Origin: Octopus bimaculoides
Taxonomy: Eukaryota
Reading direction: 5' to 3'
DNA: 64,000 nt
NCBI RefSeq assembly: GCF_001194135.2
Contig: NC_068987.1
Location: 8,683,409 to 8,747,408 of the forward strand
Under the pieces are notes generated by a model. It saw only the letters and a program-made list of their open reading frames with translations, searched no databases and was not told where the DNA came from. The position numbers and the translations under genes were made by a program. Numbering within the stretch: the first letter of the stretch is position 1; every line of letters begins with the position of its first letter. Shown piece after piece: positions 24,384 to 37,200 of the stretch.

Positions 24384-24431
<48 letters not shown>

Positions 24432-26252
24432 GTTACTTCTTCAGTGCCCTACATTCATAATATAGTCAATGCCAGAAGCTTTAAGTTTTCAACATGTCTG
24501 TCAAACAATAAAAAAGAAAAAGAAAAATAGTAATTCGATACGTATTCAGTTACATTCATATCTTTGTAATTTCATAACATTTAGACTGTCAAAGTCTTTA
24601 GCACTTCATTCTGGGATTCTCATCATATTGCACACTAAACAGGTATAAAATTTTTACACATAGCTTTTAGGGTATGTATGTATGTACGTACGTTTCTTAG
24701 TGTTAAGGCAATGTAACAAAAAAAAAAATAATAAGTGAACAAGAAAAAAACATTAGCAAGAGCCATGCTTTCACACAAATCTCATTATATGAAATATTTC
24801 TTGTGCAAAGGTTACATACAACACTGCCTTTAGCATCAAACAAATATTTATGTGATACATTAACTTGGGTACTAAAAAAAAGTTAAATATTGCACTTGGG
24901 TTAGAAACAAAATATGTTGCTTTTGGCAGGGTTTGAATTCCAAGCCTCTTGGTAAATAGTTCTGCACCCATTAAGACAAAGGAACTTATTGTTTTGCTGT
25001 TTCTTATTGTTTTGTTTTTCTTTTTTTTTTAAACCTTGCATAGCAGATGTGCTGTAAATTATCTCTTTTTGATAGGGCACTACTGTAACCCAAACAAGAA
25101 AAATATTTATGATGGAATGGAATGTTTCAATTTAAATTTGAGTATTTTAAAATGTATATTTGCAATCTCAAGTAGGCTGGGATCAAAGGAGTTCAGACTG
25201 ACAGCTGAGGCCAAAGGTGAATGCTTAGGTCAGGTTGGAAAGTTAAAATTGTAAACCTCTAAGATTGGAAATTCTAAAGTTATAGCAGACCTGGCTAGTA
25301 ACTAAAATGTCCCAAAATCAAGCTAAAATATAAAATACAAAACATAACAACAAAAACAACCTACAGCTAACTCTTGTAATATTAAGTAACTGAACTCCCC
25401 ATGGTAAGCCAATGAAATATTTACTCATGCTACAGTGCTACCGCTGATTACAACAATTGAGTACAACTCCCATTACAGAGTCTCTATATAGGTCAAGTAG
25501 TCCATGATTGTTTCTTGGTCATTTGGTTGTGGATACAGCCCCGGTTACATCATCAACATCACCGCTACCATCATTATAATGGGGGGAAGGAGGAGAAAAG
25601 AAGAGGAAGAGTGGTGTGGTGGTGGTGGTGGTAGTGAAAAGGATGACAGTTCCAATGTTGATGATTTCCATCACAAAAGGAACTTGTTTTGAATAGCCTT
25701 TAAAATGGATTTAATCAAAACATTCTGTGAGTTTACTAAATTACACAGCTTTCAGATAAAAGTTTTCCTATGACTTCTGCAACAATTCATGGCTTTTATT
25801 TGTTTTATTTTATATATATATATATATATATACATACACACACACACACATATATATATATATGTATTCTTTTTTTCAGACTAAAACCACAATTTGAAGA
25901 AGTAACAGTGTTTAAATGAAAGCTGCTTGCTGACACATTTTATTGTTATTTAAGTTGAAGTTTACATTAGACGCTTTATTTTGTAATTAACCATGGAAAC
26001 AGTTAGCTCTTACAGACCATTTGCCAAAAAAAAAAAAAAAAAGTGAGAGGATGGGAGAAGTTACAACTTTCAAATTATAAGTGAAACTACACTACTGGTA
26101 GATAGAATAAAATATCAGAAAAGACTATTCTTTTTTTGAAATGTGTATTCCAAAAATTTTTTTAAATTATTATTACTGTTAAAAATTAACAAAACCAACA
26201 CATTTTTCTATTGTGCAACAATATTTTTTTTATTCTTGATACTGCTGCAATG

Positions 26253-26671
26253 CATCATCATCATTGTTTTAACATCCCCTTTTCTATCCTTGCATGGGTT
26301 GGATGGAATTTACTGAGGTAGAATTTCTATGGTTAGATGCCCTTCCTGTTGCTAACCCTCACTTGTTTCCAAGTGAGGCAATATCTTACCATAACCAAGC
26401 ATGTTTTCATGGAAGATTAGAAACGAAGGACACTGCTCACATAACAGTGATACCTGTCTACAGCTATCATGTGATGTCAAAGCGAGAAGACAGTAACACG
26501 CACACGCACGACAGACTTCTTTCATTTTCCATCTACCAACTCCATTCACAATGCTTTGGTCAGCCCTGAGCTATGCTAGAAGACACATGCCCAAAGTGCC
26601 ACGCAATGGGACTGAACCTGAAACCCATGGTTGAGAAGCAAACTTCTTACCACACAGTCATGCCTCTGCCT
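26253..26671 (-). mobile_element. Modular SINE A/C
   Basis: Reverse complement of the 14501-14906 type. Confidence 0.8.
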
Positions 26672-27551
26672 ATTGTTATATATTAAATGACACAAAACAA
26701 TTTACCTCTGAAGTCAGATTTTCATATAGGGAAATTACAATTTGGATTTCAGGCACAAGGCGTTACAACAGAGTGAATTATCTAAATTTATACAGACAAA
26801 ATGACATTGTCCTGGAATACATTTCTTAAGACAATAAAATACAAAGCAACTATGTGACATTAATTGGAGTTGACGAAAACTTTTGTTTATTAGATTGATT
26901 CTCAACAAAATAATGATATATTTCTTGAAAAATCACATTAAGTGAAGGACAGAGAAGTAATTAAGATAACACATAGTGTAAAAAGATTAAAGTGTCTTTT
27001 CAATATAAGACAATAAGTATGTGACTCAGTTCTGATAATTAGAAGAAAGGACAAAATATGTAGATTTGCTTATAAAACAAAAAAAGATGTAGAAACTGAA
27101 GTTAAGTGAAAATAATGAGGTAGTGTGTGGATGTAGAATGAATAAACTGAGATCAAATGCAGTTTGTGTTTTTGTAACTATCAAAAGTTTCAAGCTAAGT
27201 TTGTAATTGGAATGAGACTACCCACTTCTTAGAAGTTACCAATCAGAGTGATAAAATGAGATACACACGGAAGAAAGGGATATAAATACAAGTGTTGTAA
27301 AGAAGTTTGCTTCCCAACCACATGGTTTCAGGTTCATTCCCACTGAATGGAGGATAGAAAATATGGGAAAAGCAGATTTTTATCCCAAGACTCCCGTCTT
27401 CTATCATTCATTTCTGTTCTGTAACAAAATCATTACAGGACTGAGTTTTTGACACAGAACATTTCCAACAGAATGTTAACAATTAGTGAGACAAAAGAGT
27501 TTATATCCATATAATTCTTCTTTCTTCTCCAAGGTGTTGGACAAGTTTAAA

Positions 27552-27670
27552 TACAGTAGCACCTTGGTTTTCAAACACTTCTGATCACAAAAAACATGCT
27601 TTATCTCCTGTCTTTCTCATATTCATTTAATACAGTAGTACCTCGGTTTACAAACGCCTCTGATCACAAA
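27552..27670 (+). mobile_element. Two direct copies of a pogo/Tigger-like terminal sequence
   Basis: TA|cagtagcaccttggttttcaaac at 27552 and TA|cagtagtacctcggtttacaaac at 27631, 79 bp apart. Confidence 0.5.
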
Positions 27671-28626
27671 TAAATTGTGCTTTATATATATTTATATATA
27701 TATATATCTGGTTTTAAATCATTTTATTGACTTCCCATTCTAAATTCTCTTTTTTTTTTTCCTTCTTTTCTTCCCTCCTTGTCCAACTGTCTCGTAGAGT
27801 TGCATTTTCCAACGGTTTTTTTCAAATAAGATATGTAGCAATTTTCTCTACCTGCAGTTATTACATTCAGTTAAAATGTCTTACGGTTAAGCTGGTTCCT
27901 ATGTATTTCCCTGAAGAGAAGATTACATATTTATCAACATCACTCACTCCTTTGGAAGAAACCATTTGTAATCTTCGAAACATATGTTGGAAATAAAAGA
28001 ATTCATTTAACATATGCATAATACTCCATTTATTAAATTTTATATACATACTCCCTCCTACCCTATGAGAAATATTCTATTAAGTGACATGATATTTACA
28101 AATACAGCTAGAAGATGAACATGTTAAAATTTCACAGTGATATTTTTTTAATCCAACAAAGACGATGAAGCTAAAACTAATGACAATTGTAGGTAAGGAA
28201 ATTACAGTTAGAAATCAGTAGTGGGTATTTTACTGATCAAGTAGTGCACTGAATTAAAATGTTGGTGTTGGTAATTCATGAAAAAATACAAACATAGGTT
28301 TATAAAAAATATATATCATGGACTAAAAAAGGATAAATAATTTAGAAGTCTAAGGAAATGATATTTCTTCTATAAAACTTAGTTTCTCCTTCCCTAATTT
28401 AGGTTTTAAAGTTGCTGAAATCTCTTGTGAATAAATTTTTATCTGATGGTCAGATCAATAGAAAAATAAAGATTGAGATAAAAGACTCTGCATTAATATT
28501 GAAAATAAACGATCAAAAAGTAAATTTAAGTATTAATAGTAGATACTTTGAGTGAACTATAAAAAGGAAAGTTTGTTTTTTTTCTACTCTATAGATACTA
28601 GATAATCCTTAAAACTTCAGTAATCA

Positions 28627-28819
28627 TTTTACTCTTTTACTTGTTTCAGTCATTTGACTGTGGCCATGCTGGAGCACCGCCTTTAGTCGAGCAAATTAAC
28701 CCCAGGACTTATTCTTCATAAGCCTAGTACTTATTCTATCGATCTCTTTTGCCGAACCGCTCAAGACCAAGGCCTTGTGAGTGGATTTGGTAGACAGAAA
28801 CTGAAAGAAGCCCGTCATA

Positions 28820-28881
<62 letters not shown>

Positions 28882-29107
28882 CGTGTGTGGGTGTATGTTA
28901 GTGTGTCTGTGTTTGTCTCCCCAACATCGCTGGACAACTGATGCTGGTGTGTTTACGTCCCTGTAACTTAGTGATTCGGCAAAAAAGAGACCGATAGAAT
29001 AAATACTAGGCTTACAAAGAATAAGTCCTGGGGTCGATTTTCTCGACTAAAGGTGGCGCTCCAGCATGACCGCAGTCAAATGACTAAAACAAGTAAAAAA
29101 GTAAAAG
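28627..29107. mobile_element. Head-to-head fusion of two 5'-truncated SINE A copies (fold-back)
   Basis: 28627-28761 is the reverse complement of ~28970-29107; orientation switches abruptly near 28762. Confidence 0.85.
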
Positions 29108-29657
29108 AATTTCAAGTCTAGCGAAAGTCATAGTCACTGCTTTTACTTTTGTGATTAACTTCTAAAAAAAAATTAACAGAATATAAAGTGCCAGATTTAT
29201 TTAATAATTTCTGTCCGTTCTCAAGAAGTTATTAGTTGTGCCGATGTTAAAAGCCATTATAAAAGGCCATAATTCTATTATCAAATAGTCTAAATAACAA
29301 ATATGTAACTAAACAGAGTCAACTGATTTGAAAGTAATTTTCAACTCTCTCCTTTCTAATAATGTCTGCAATTCCAAAATTATTATTATTACTCTTTCCT
29401 ACAGGAAATCCTTTTGGGAAAAATAAAATACACTGAGGTGATGTAACAACAGCTTAAGTACTTAAATATGTTGTTAACACATACAAAATGAATTCAAATA
29501 CAAATAAATAAAATAATCACAAGAGCTATGTATGGCTTGCTAAAATTATTTCATGGAAGTCCTACTGAACATTAATTTTGCTTATTAGCTATTTCTAGGT
29601 CATTTGGCTTTTACTTGTATAAATAACCTTCAGAGAACTGACCAATGGTTTCAGGTA

Positions 29658-30060
29658 GGCTCAAGCATAGCTGTGTGATAAGGAGTTTGCTTCCCAACCA
29701 CATGATTTTGGGTTCAGCCCCACTGCGTAGCACCTTGGACAACTGTCTTCTACTTTGGCTCCTAGCTTGTGAGTAGATTCGGTAGATGGAAAAAAGTTTG
29801 CTGTATATGAGCGTATACATGTACATGTCTGTTTGTGTCTGTACCTAACATTGTTTGATGAACAATGTTGGTTTGTTTATATCCTTGTAACTTTGTGGTT
29901 CGAAAGAGACCAATAGAATAAGTAACAGACTTAAAAAAAAAAAGACAAAAAAAAAATCAGAAAAAGTACTGTGGTTGATTTGTTGGACTAAAGCTTTTCA
30001 AGGTGATGCCCCAGCTTGGCCAGTCAAATAATCAAAATAAGTAAATGATAAAAGATAAAA
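29658..30060 (+). mobile_element. SINE family A
   Basis: Homology to 8807-9186. Confidence 0.8.
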
Positions 30061-30390
30061 ATTAAAAAATGGAATGCTATTTTCTATAGTTACTTAGTTC
30101 TATGTCCGCTCTGATCAAGCAGACCTATGATGAAAGTCACTCCACCTATGACCATTCCATCAATTTTCAAAGTTTATCCAGAGCTACAATACTCAATACA
30201 TCCTTCTCTTATTAAGATTTGAAAAATATTTAGTTGCTATTTCAGGTAGGTTGAAGACCCATATAGAGATTCCATTATTGATACACGTTATCGTTATAAT
30301 GTTCTGTAAGTAAGAGTTGTTCATTTGTGACAAAAATGGTGGAGTAGAATTAAATGTTTTACAGTATTTAGGTTGTTTTTCTTTTTTCCT

Positions 30391-30778
30391 GAGGCGGTAC
30401 TGGCAACACCATTTGAGCGTGACCGTTGCCAGTACCGCCTCGTGCCGGTGGCACGTAAAAGCACCCACTACACTCTCGGAGTGATTGGCGTTAGGAAGGG
30501 CATCCAGCTGTAGAAACTCTACCAGATCAGATTGAAGCCTGGTGCAGCCCTCTGGCTCGCCAGTCCTCAGTCAAACCGTCCAACCCATGCCAGCATGGAA
30601 AGCGGATGTTAAACGGTGATGATGATGAGGAAGGGCATCCAGCTGTAAAAACTCTACCAGATCAGATTGGAGCCTGGTGCAGCCCTCTGGCTCACCAGTC
30701 CTCAGTCAAACCGTCCAACCCATGCCAGCATGGAAAGCGGACGTTAAACGATGATGATGATGATGATGATGATGATTC
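30391..30778 (+). mobile_element. SINE family C with a tandemly duplicated 135-bp 3' end
   Basis: ggaagggcatccagctgta... at 30494 and 30629, each ending in GAT repeats. Confidence 0.85.
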
Positions 30779-31237
30779 AAAACCTGTTTCTCTAGGTGCA
30801 GAGGAGTGGGTCTACAAAATAAGGACAAATAACATTGTGGGATCAGTCCACTCAATTATGCACTCACAAACAAACAAAAATTTACTTATACCTTTAGTAT
30901 CAAAGATTAGAACTTACAGAAAGATATGTGCACTATCTTAAGGTAAATATTAAGATTACTACGTGTTATTATTATAAATATAGCATCACCGTACCATAAT
31001 CTTAAAAGACAAAAAAAATAATAAAAGATGCTAAAACAGCTTACTGGAAGATAAATACTACAAAAACACAAAAAGACAAAAATGTATGAAAAATAAAATA
31101 AAGCTGTAAAAGTAGAGATCACTTTCAAAAGAAAAATAAGATAATTTTTGGTGATGATAACAGGTACAGTAGAAACAAAATTTATCTATTCTTTCCCCCA
31201 AACTCACCAACCCATAATAATAATAATAATAATAATA

Positions 31238-31453
31238 ATGGTTTCGAATTTTTCCACAAGATCAGCCATTTTGGGGGAGGGGATGCGTCAATTACATCTA
31301 CCCCAGCATTCAACTGGTACTTAATTTATCAACCCAAAAAGATGAAAGACAAAGTCGACCTCGGCAGAATTTGAACTCAGAATGTAGCAACAGGTGAAAT
31401 CCTGCTAAGCGTTTCATCCAGTGCACTAACGATATTGCCAGCTCACCACCTTA
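31238..31453 (-). mobile_element. SINE family B
   Basis: Family B homology, full length. Confidence 0.8.
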
Positions 31454-32206
31454 ATGATGATGATGATGATGATTTCAAATTTTGGCAGAAGGAGAAAGAC
31501 CACTTTTCTCAGTCATAAGGAGTGGTAACAGAGAGGGGAGATGGATGAAGAGGAAAGTGGTCAACAGCAGTTACAACAACAAATAACACTGATTCCAGCA
31601 CTTCAAGGAGTCAAAGAATTTGCCCTTAACTTCAGCCCCTGATGAGCAGAAGACCTTTTCTCCTCCAACAGTATTACCCCACCATCATCTCATGACAAAG
31701 GGGAAATAATAGGATCTAAGAGTTGGTAAAAATTACCACACAGAAGAAAAAAACGAAGAGGAAGACACAACAGAGAAAGAGGAATAATCTTGGCCAAAAG
31801 ACTAATAAAACAAGAGGACAAAAACAACAATGCCAACAACACGAAATTCATAACTGTTCAACAGATGGACCAGTGTTTCATGGATAAATTAATGCATATA
31901 TGATGCCAAGTATACAATCTCAGGGTTATGACTACCGAAAATCAGAGTAAAAAACAGAGGAACACAATATTGAACTTTGGTAAAAGTAATACCAGAATAT
32001 TATGAGATTAAACTGCTGTGCCCGGAGGACATGGGTGCTTTTTGTCTTGACCCACACAAAAGATGTAATTTGGCACTTCTAGGTGTACCAAATTCCCAAC
32101 TCACTGACGAGGAAGCTACCTAACTGGTGAGTTCTTATCCATTTGTGGATGGATAACCCTAAATGCTTCTGCATATTTAAATAAAACATTGTTTTATTTA
32201 TTGTAT

Positions 32207-32249
<43 letters not shown>

Positions 32250-32427
32250 TAGATTTATATAGTCATTATATGGCTTTATAAACAAATGTCTTCTTTGTGT
32301 TAGGTTTTTATTAGCTTTCATCCCTACTGTCCTAATAGTAACATTTCATGTAATTGTATGAAAGAATGAAATTGATAGCAATTGCCTTCAATGGCTAAAT
32401 AAAGGATTATTAATACAATTATAATAA

Positions 32428-32815
32428 AGGGTGACAGATTGGCAGATTCATTAGAGCAGCCAATAAAATGCCTTGTGGTATTTAGGCCCTTTATATTCTA
32501 AGCTCAAACTCCATTGAGGTCAACATTACCTTTCATCTTTCTAGACTAGATAAAATAAAGTGCCAGTCAAATACTGCGTTTGATTTAATCAACCTCTTTC
32601 TTATAAAATGCGGTGCTGTGTTTTTGATAGAAATTGAATTGAATTAGCAGAATTGTTAGTTTGGACAAAGTACTTTGCAGTATTTGTTTTGGCTCTTTAT
32701 GTTCAAATATCCTTAATGTCAACTTTGCCTCACACCCCGCTTGGATAAAAAAAAAAATCAAGTACCAGTCAAGAACTGGAGTTAGATATAATTGATGTAT
32801 TTTCTGGCCTTCTAC
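32428..32815 (+). mobile_element. Two tandem diverged SINE B copies
   Basis: ttggcagattcattagagc... and ttagcagaattgttag..., each with an aagt(g/a)ccagtc body. Confidence 0.6.
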
Positions 32816-33500
32816 CAAAGTAAGAAAATAATAATCACCACTAATTTAACCATTAATGAAACACAAATAAACATATAAAGATTACTGAATGTACCTGGAA
32901 CTGTTTTAATATTATCATTTTTTATTTTTATGATGGTTACTAAAGCACTAAACCAATTACTGAAAATATCATAGCAAAGTTGGTTTACAAGTTCTCGCTT
33001 AGACCATCAGAACTACACCTCATGCCAATGAAAATAGAATGTAATTTCTATTAAAATATTCAACCAGCGATTCAGTTATATCAATATTTACTCCAAAACA
33101 AAAGTATATAGAAACAAGTCCTAAAGTTATGGGTTTAAAACAATAACAATATTTGTAGACAACGTTTTAAAGAACAGAAAGAGCAGGTGTTTAGATACTT
33201 AGAAGGTACCAATTCGTTTTGAAAACTAGTGATATATAAACACTTTCATGGTGTCATTAGAAATCATTATTACAGAATTTGAAGAGACAACTTGGGAGAT
33301 AGATACAAAATGTTGACAGTGTGGTTAAGAAGTATGCTTCACAATGACATAGTTTTAAGTTCAATCACACTTTGTGGCATCCCAGTTTAGTGTTTTCCAC
33401 CATAGCCACAAATTAACTTCAAACTTGTGAGTGGAATTGGTTAGATGTAAACTACGTGGACTGTGCCATTTTTTGGTTGATAAATCTAATGTTAATTGGT

Positions 33501-33729
33501 TTAACCCTTTCATTACCAGCCCGGCTGAAACTGGCTCTGGCTCTGAGTTCAATTGTCTTGTTTTCATAAGTTTTGAATTAAAATCTTCCACCAAACCTTA
33601 GTCACAATTTATGCTCCTAACACTAGTTGAATGATAACTAAGTTATTTTACTAAATTCTTGGTTATATTCAAAATTAATTGAAAGAAACACAGAGCATCT
33701 CAAAATAAATGCAGTAACGAAAGGGTTAA
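33501..33729 (+). mobile_element. piggyBac-type MITE, family 1
   Basis: TTAA-ccctttcattac ... gtaacgaaaggg-TTAA: TIRs plus TTAA TSD. Confidence 0.85.
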
Positions 33730-34667
33730 TGCCACCACCACCTCTCCCATGGATGCTTTTGTCACAAGGATTCAAACTAAACCTCTCTGGTCTAACAATA
33801 ACTTGATATCTTGATATGCTACTTCCTACTGTAACAATCCCTAAGTTATGGTCTCTTTCTCCCTTTCTCCACCAATCCTGAGAGTCCAGTAAAGATCATG
33901 GGCACAAGGACACAACCTTGTCACCTCTAACTAAACCATTCAAGACAACATTTGCATGATAGTTTTATGTGAATGCCATTCATTTCCAGTCTTTCATGAA
34001 AACATGTCTGGCCAAGAGGAAATATTATCTTACTTGGAAACAGGTGAGGGTTGGCAACAGGAAGAGCATCTGGCCATAGAAATTTGCCAACAAATTCCAT
34101 ATGACTTTTGCAAGCATAGAAAAGATAAACATTAAAGAAAGTGATTTATAACAGGTTTAATGCCTCAAATTTGAATGATTCCCAATAGTAACTCCTCTGA
34201 TTTAATAATTTAGAGACTGTGCAGCTCCCTAAAATGAAATTATGTGCCTTCTGGACTGAATGGAGTGAATTAACAAGCAAGGAATGAAAATAGGTTGAGG
34301 TTTACTGTGGCATTAATATTTGAGAAGAAAATGAAACTATTATTAGAAATGTGTATCACCATTATTAGGACTGTCACATGAGTGAAGACTAGGCTTTTGT
34401 AATCACTCATGTCATATTCATGGCAACAACATTTTTTAATTAATTCCCTTCACAAACTATTTAGAAGGATTAAAAATAAAAGTTTAGTGCCAGAATTGAT
34501 AGAAGACATTGCAAGTGAAAAGAGTCAATTACGCCAACTAATTAATTAGAAATACTACAATAAATTAAATCAAGCCAATTACTTAAATATGAGAAAGAAA
34601 CTTTGACAGAATCAAAAGTACAGGGCACTAAGACAAGCATTTCAGCTATATCACATCTACTAAAAAT

Positions 34668-34768
34668 TCACACACACACACACATATATATACACACACA
34701 CATATATATACACACACACATATATATACACACACACACACACATATATACATACACATATACATACA
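34668..34768. repeat. (CA)n/(TA)n alternating minisatellite, ~18-bp unit
   Basis: cacacacatatatataca repeated. Confidence 0.9.
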
Positions 34769-36075
34769 CTTTCTCCAAAGTTAATTTTTTAAAAAAGTAT
34801 CTATAATCCAGTCATTAAAATGGAAAAGGTAACATAAAAATGTCTCTTTCCAATATCAATAAAAAATAATCTATGAGAGAGATTTAAGATATAGATTTGA
34901 TACCAAATATAAAATTTAAAAAAAAGTTATTATTTAATCCATTTATATGTCATTAAAATAAATATCAGTAATTTTTTATGATGACATAAAACCCTATTGT
35001 GGCAAGAGTCATCTCATATAATGACAGAAATTCTTCAGTTGTCAAAGATTTTTGCTAGACAAATGTTTATATTTGAAATTATTTTTCTTTTTAACAGTAT
35101 TTTGATTTCTATTTCGCAAAATCTAACAGGTTCTACTTTTAAAGATAAATTGTTTAACAAATAGAAATTGATAGCTTAGGTAAAGAAATACTGGTAACCA
35201 CTACTACTGCTACTATCATCAGCATTATCATTCTTGCATTCATTCTTCTGTGTTGGCAAGGATTAGAGAAAATTTACCAAGGTAGGTTTTCTACAACTAT
35301 GTGCTCTTCCAATCACCAACACTCATTTGTTTTTAAAGTAATTTTTCATCCTATTGGTACACATACATCTGCTGAAGTATGAGGCATTTACTTACAGGAG
35401 AATGCAAATATTGTTGAAACAGAATGGTCATTCATAGGTGTAAGCATGGCTGTGGGGTTAAGAAACTTGCTTTGTGTTGTGGTGGATACCCCGAGGCTAT
35501 CAAATTTCAAAATACATTATAGAAACTACTTCCGTAATGCAAGTAATTTATGAAGTGTGTGAGCTAATTGCAAAACAAAGCAAAATCGCACATGAAAGGT
35601 GAAATAGTTAAAAGGCCTATAGTTACTGTTGCACAAATTTTAATTCTAGTAAAAATCAGTTTTCTTGAGAATATTGGTTTATCATGAAGGACAGCTTCTG
35701 GTCATAGTTAACTTAGTTAAATGTAGGAGCAGATAAATAACCATTAAACATTATTTAGTCAAGATATATTCCAAGATACATTCTATACAGGGGGAACTTA
35801 AAGATCAATAAAAAGCCAAGAAAGCATTTATAAATAATGATAGGACAAAAATCACCTTACATGTTTGAATTTGAAGTCAGAGGGTTTAAAACAACACATG
35901 TCCATTGTTTTAGCTTCTTGGTAAATGTAAAGTCTCCAGCATTCTTTTATTCAATACCACCACTTATAACATCAATGTTGGGATGGTAAAAATAAATAAT
36001 ACTAATAACGAATGAAATGTTATATTAGCTTCTATTGTAATTACTAGCAGTCAAGTAGTCTTATAAGAAAAATAC

Positions 36076-36143
36076 CTCTTGCTTTATGATCAACATCATT
36101 CACATATTTTGACTGTTTCCTCATGCTGTTATGTTGGACAGAT
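36076..36143 (-). CDS. Candidate coding exon B (68 nt, phase 2-1)
   Basis: gttattttacag|A TCT ... AGA G|gtattt. The only open frame (SVQHNSMRKQSKYVNDVDHKAR) is phase-compatible with candidate exon A. Confidence 0.15.
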
Positions 36144-36654
36144 CTGTAAAATAACTGTCTACCTGTCTGTCCCCTAACTCTGTTCAGCTTAAATATTTCA
36201 TGTCAGTTCAGTCTACTTGATATATCTAGGTTTCCATAGACCTGCTTATGTTGAAACTACCATCTACTTAGTACTAACTCATTATTATGGGGACATAAAC
36301 AGAGCAAAAAGAAAAACAAATAAAATAGGTGCAATGATTGGTGGGCTATATTTAATAATAAGAACTGTTACACACATATGACAGTTACTATTTCTGAATT
36401 AGTCACAGGGAAGTTTTTGAAAATGTATTAAAAGGAAATACAATTTTCACATACAATTTAACATTTTCACCTATATTTCACCTATAAAAAATGACATGGT
36501 AAAAGTGACTAAATAAATATTAGCTTTTATTTCACCTGACTAATAATAACACTAAAAGCTAAGTACGACAGAGTAGAAGGTAGGCAAGCTTTCAGTAAAC
36601 CAAGTCTAAAAACAGTTTCCAGTGTCTCTTGTATCTACTTCATTGCATATACAC

Positions 36655-36725
36655 CTATCCCTTTTTACTTCTTTTCGTTTCGAGCCCTTGAATTTATAAG
36701 GCTGGTTACCCCATTTTCTTGACAT
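36655..36725 (-). CDS. Candidate coding exon A (MSRKWGNQPYKFKGSKRKEVKRD, phase-2 end); exon start 36751
   Basis: Strong acceptor tttttgttttttttttcag| at 36752, in-frame stop before the ATG, weak donor AG|gtgtat. Unrecognised peptide. Confidence 0.15.
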
Positions 36726-36774
36726 ATAAATACCAGATTATAAAATTCCTCCTGAAAAAAAAAACAAAAACGCT

Positions 36775-37200
36775 GGTCCAAGGCAGGGTTCAAGGCCAGC
36801 AGTCTTAAAGGGTAGGGAGGGGGCCAAGTCAATTACATCATCCCCTGTACTTGACTGCTACTTTATTTTATCAACTTCAAAGGGATTCAAAGCATTGTTC
36901 ACTTGGATGGGATTTGAACTCAGAACATAAAGATGGGTAGTCATGATGGGTATACTGGGCTTCGTATATTTTACCCTAGTGTCACTTTGATGGCATGCAC
37001 TGCTCTCTCACTCAATAATAATGATGATTTCAAATTTTGGCACAAAACCAGCGATTTCCAGGAAAGGGGGCAAGTTGATTACATCACTTCCAGTGCTCAA
37101 CTGGTACTTATTTTATTGGCCCCAAAAGGATGAAAGGCAAAATTATCCTCAGTAGAATCTGAACTCAGAACATAAAGTCTGAAGAAATGCTGTTGAGCAT
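36775..37200 (-). mobile_element. Two tandem SINE B copies
   Basis: Family B homology at 36775-36930 and 37025-37200. Confidence 0.7.

Noticed and set aside
27866-27912. Minus-strand cttctcttcag|...|gtaaga 26-nt segment with EIHRNQLN, loosely like EEHREKLN
   Set aside because: Too short and frame-shifting, and it lacks the conserved VSVLTDQVE and TEEMLQQ parts of the expected exon.
31635-32150. CUGANGA motifs at ~31639 and ~32104 suggesting a two-hammerhead retrozyme; similar partial motifs near 11775 and 19241
   Set aside because: No GAAA at the right place and no stem III/UH closure; the two sites share no flanking homology.
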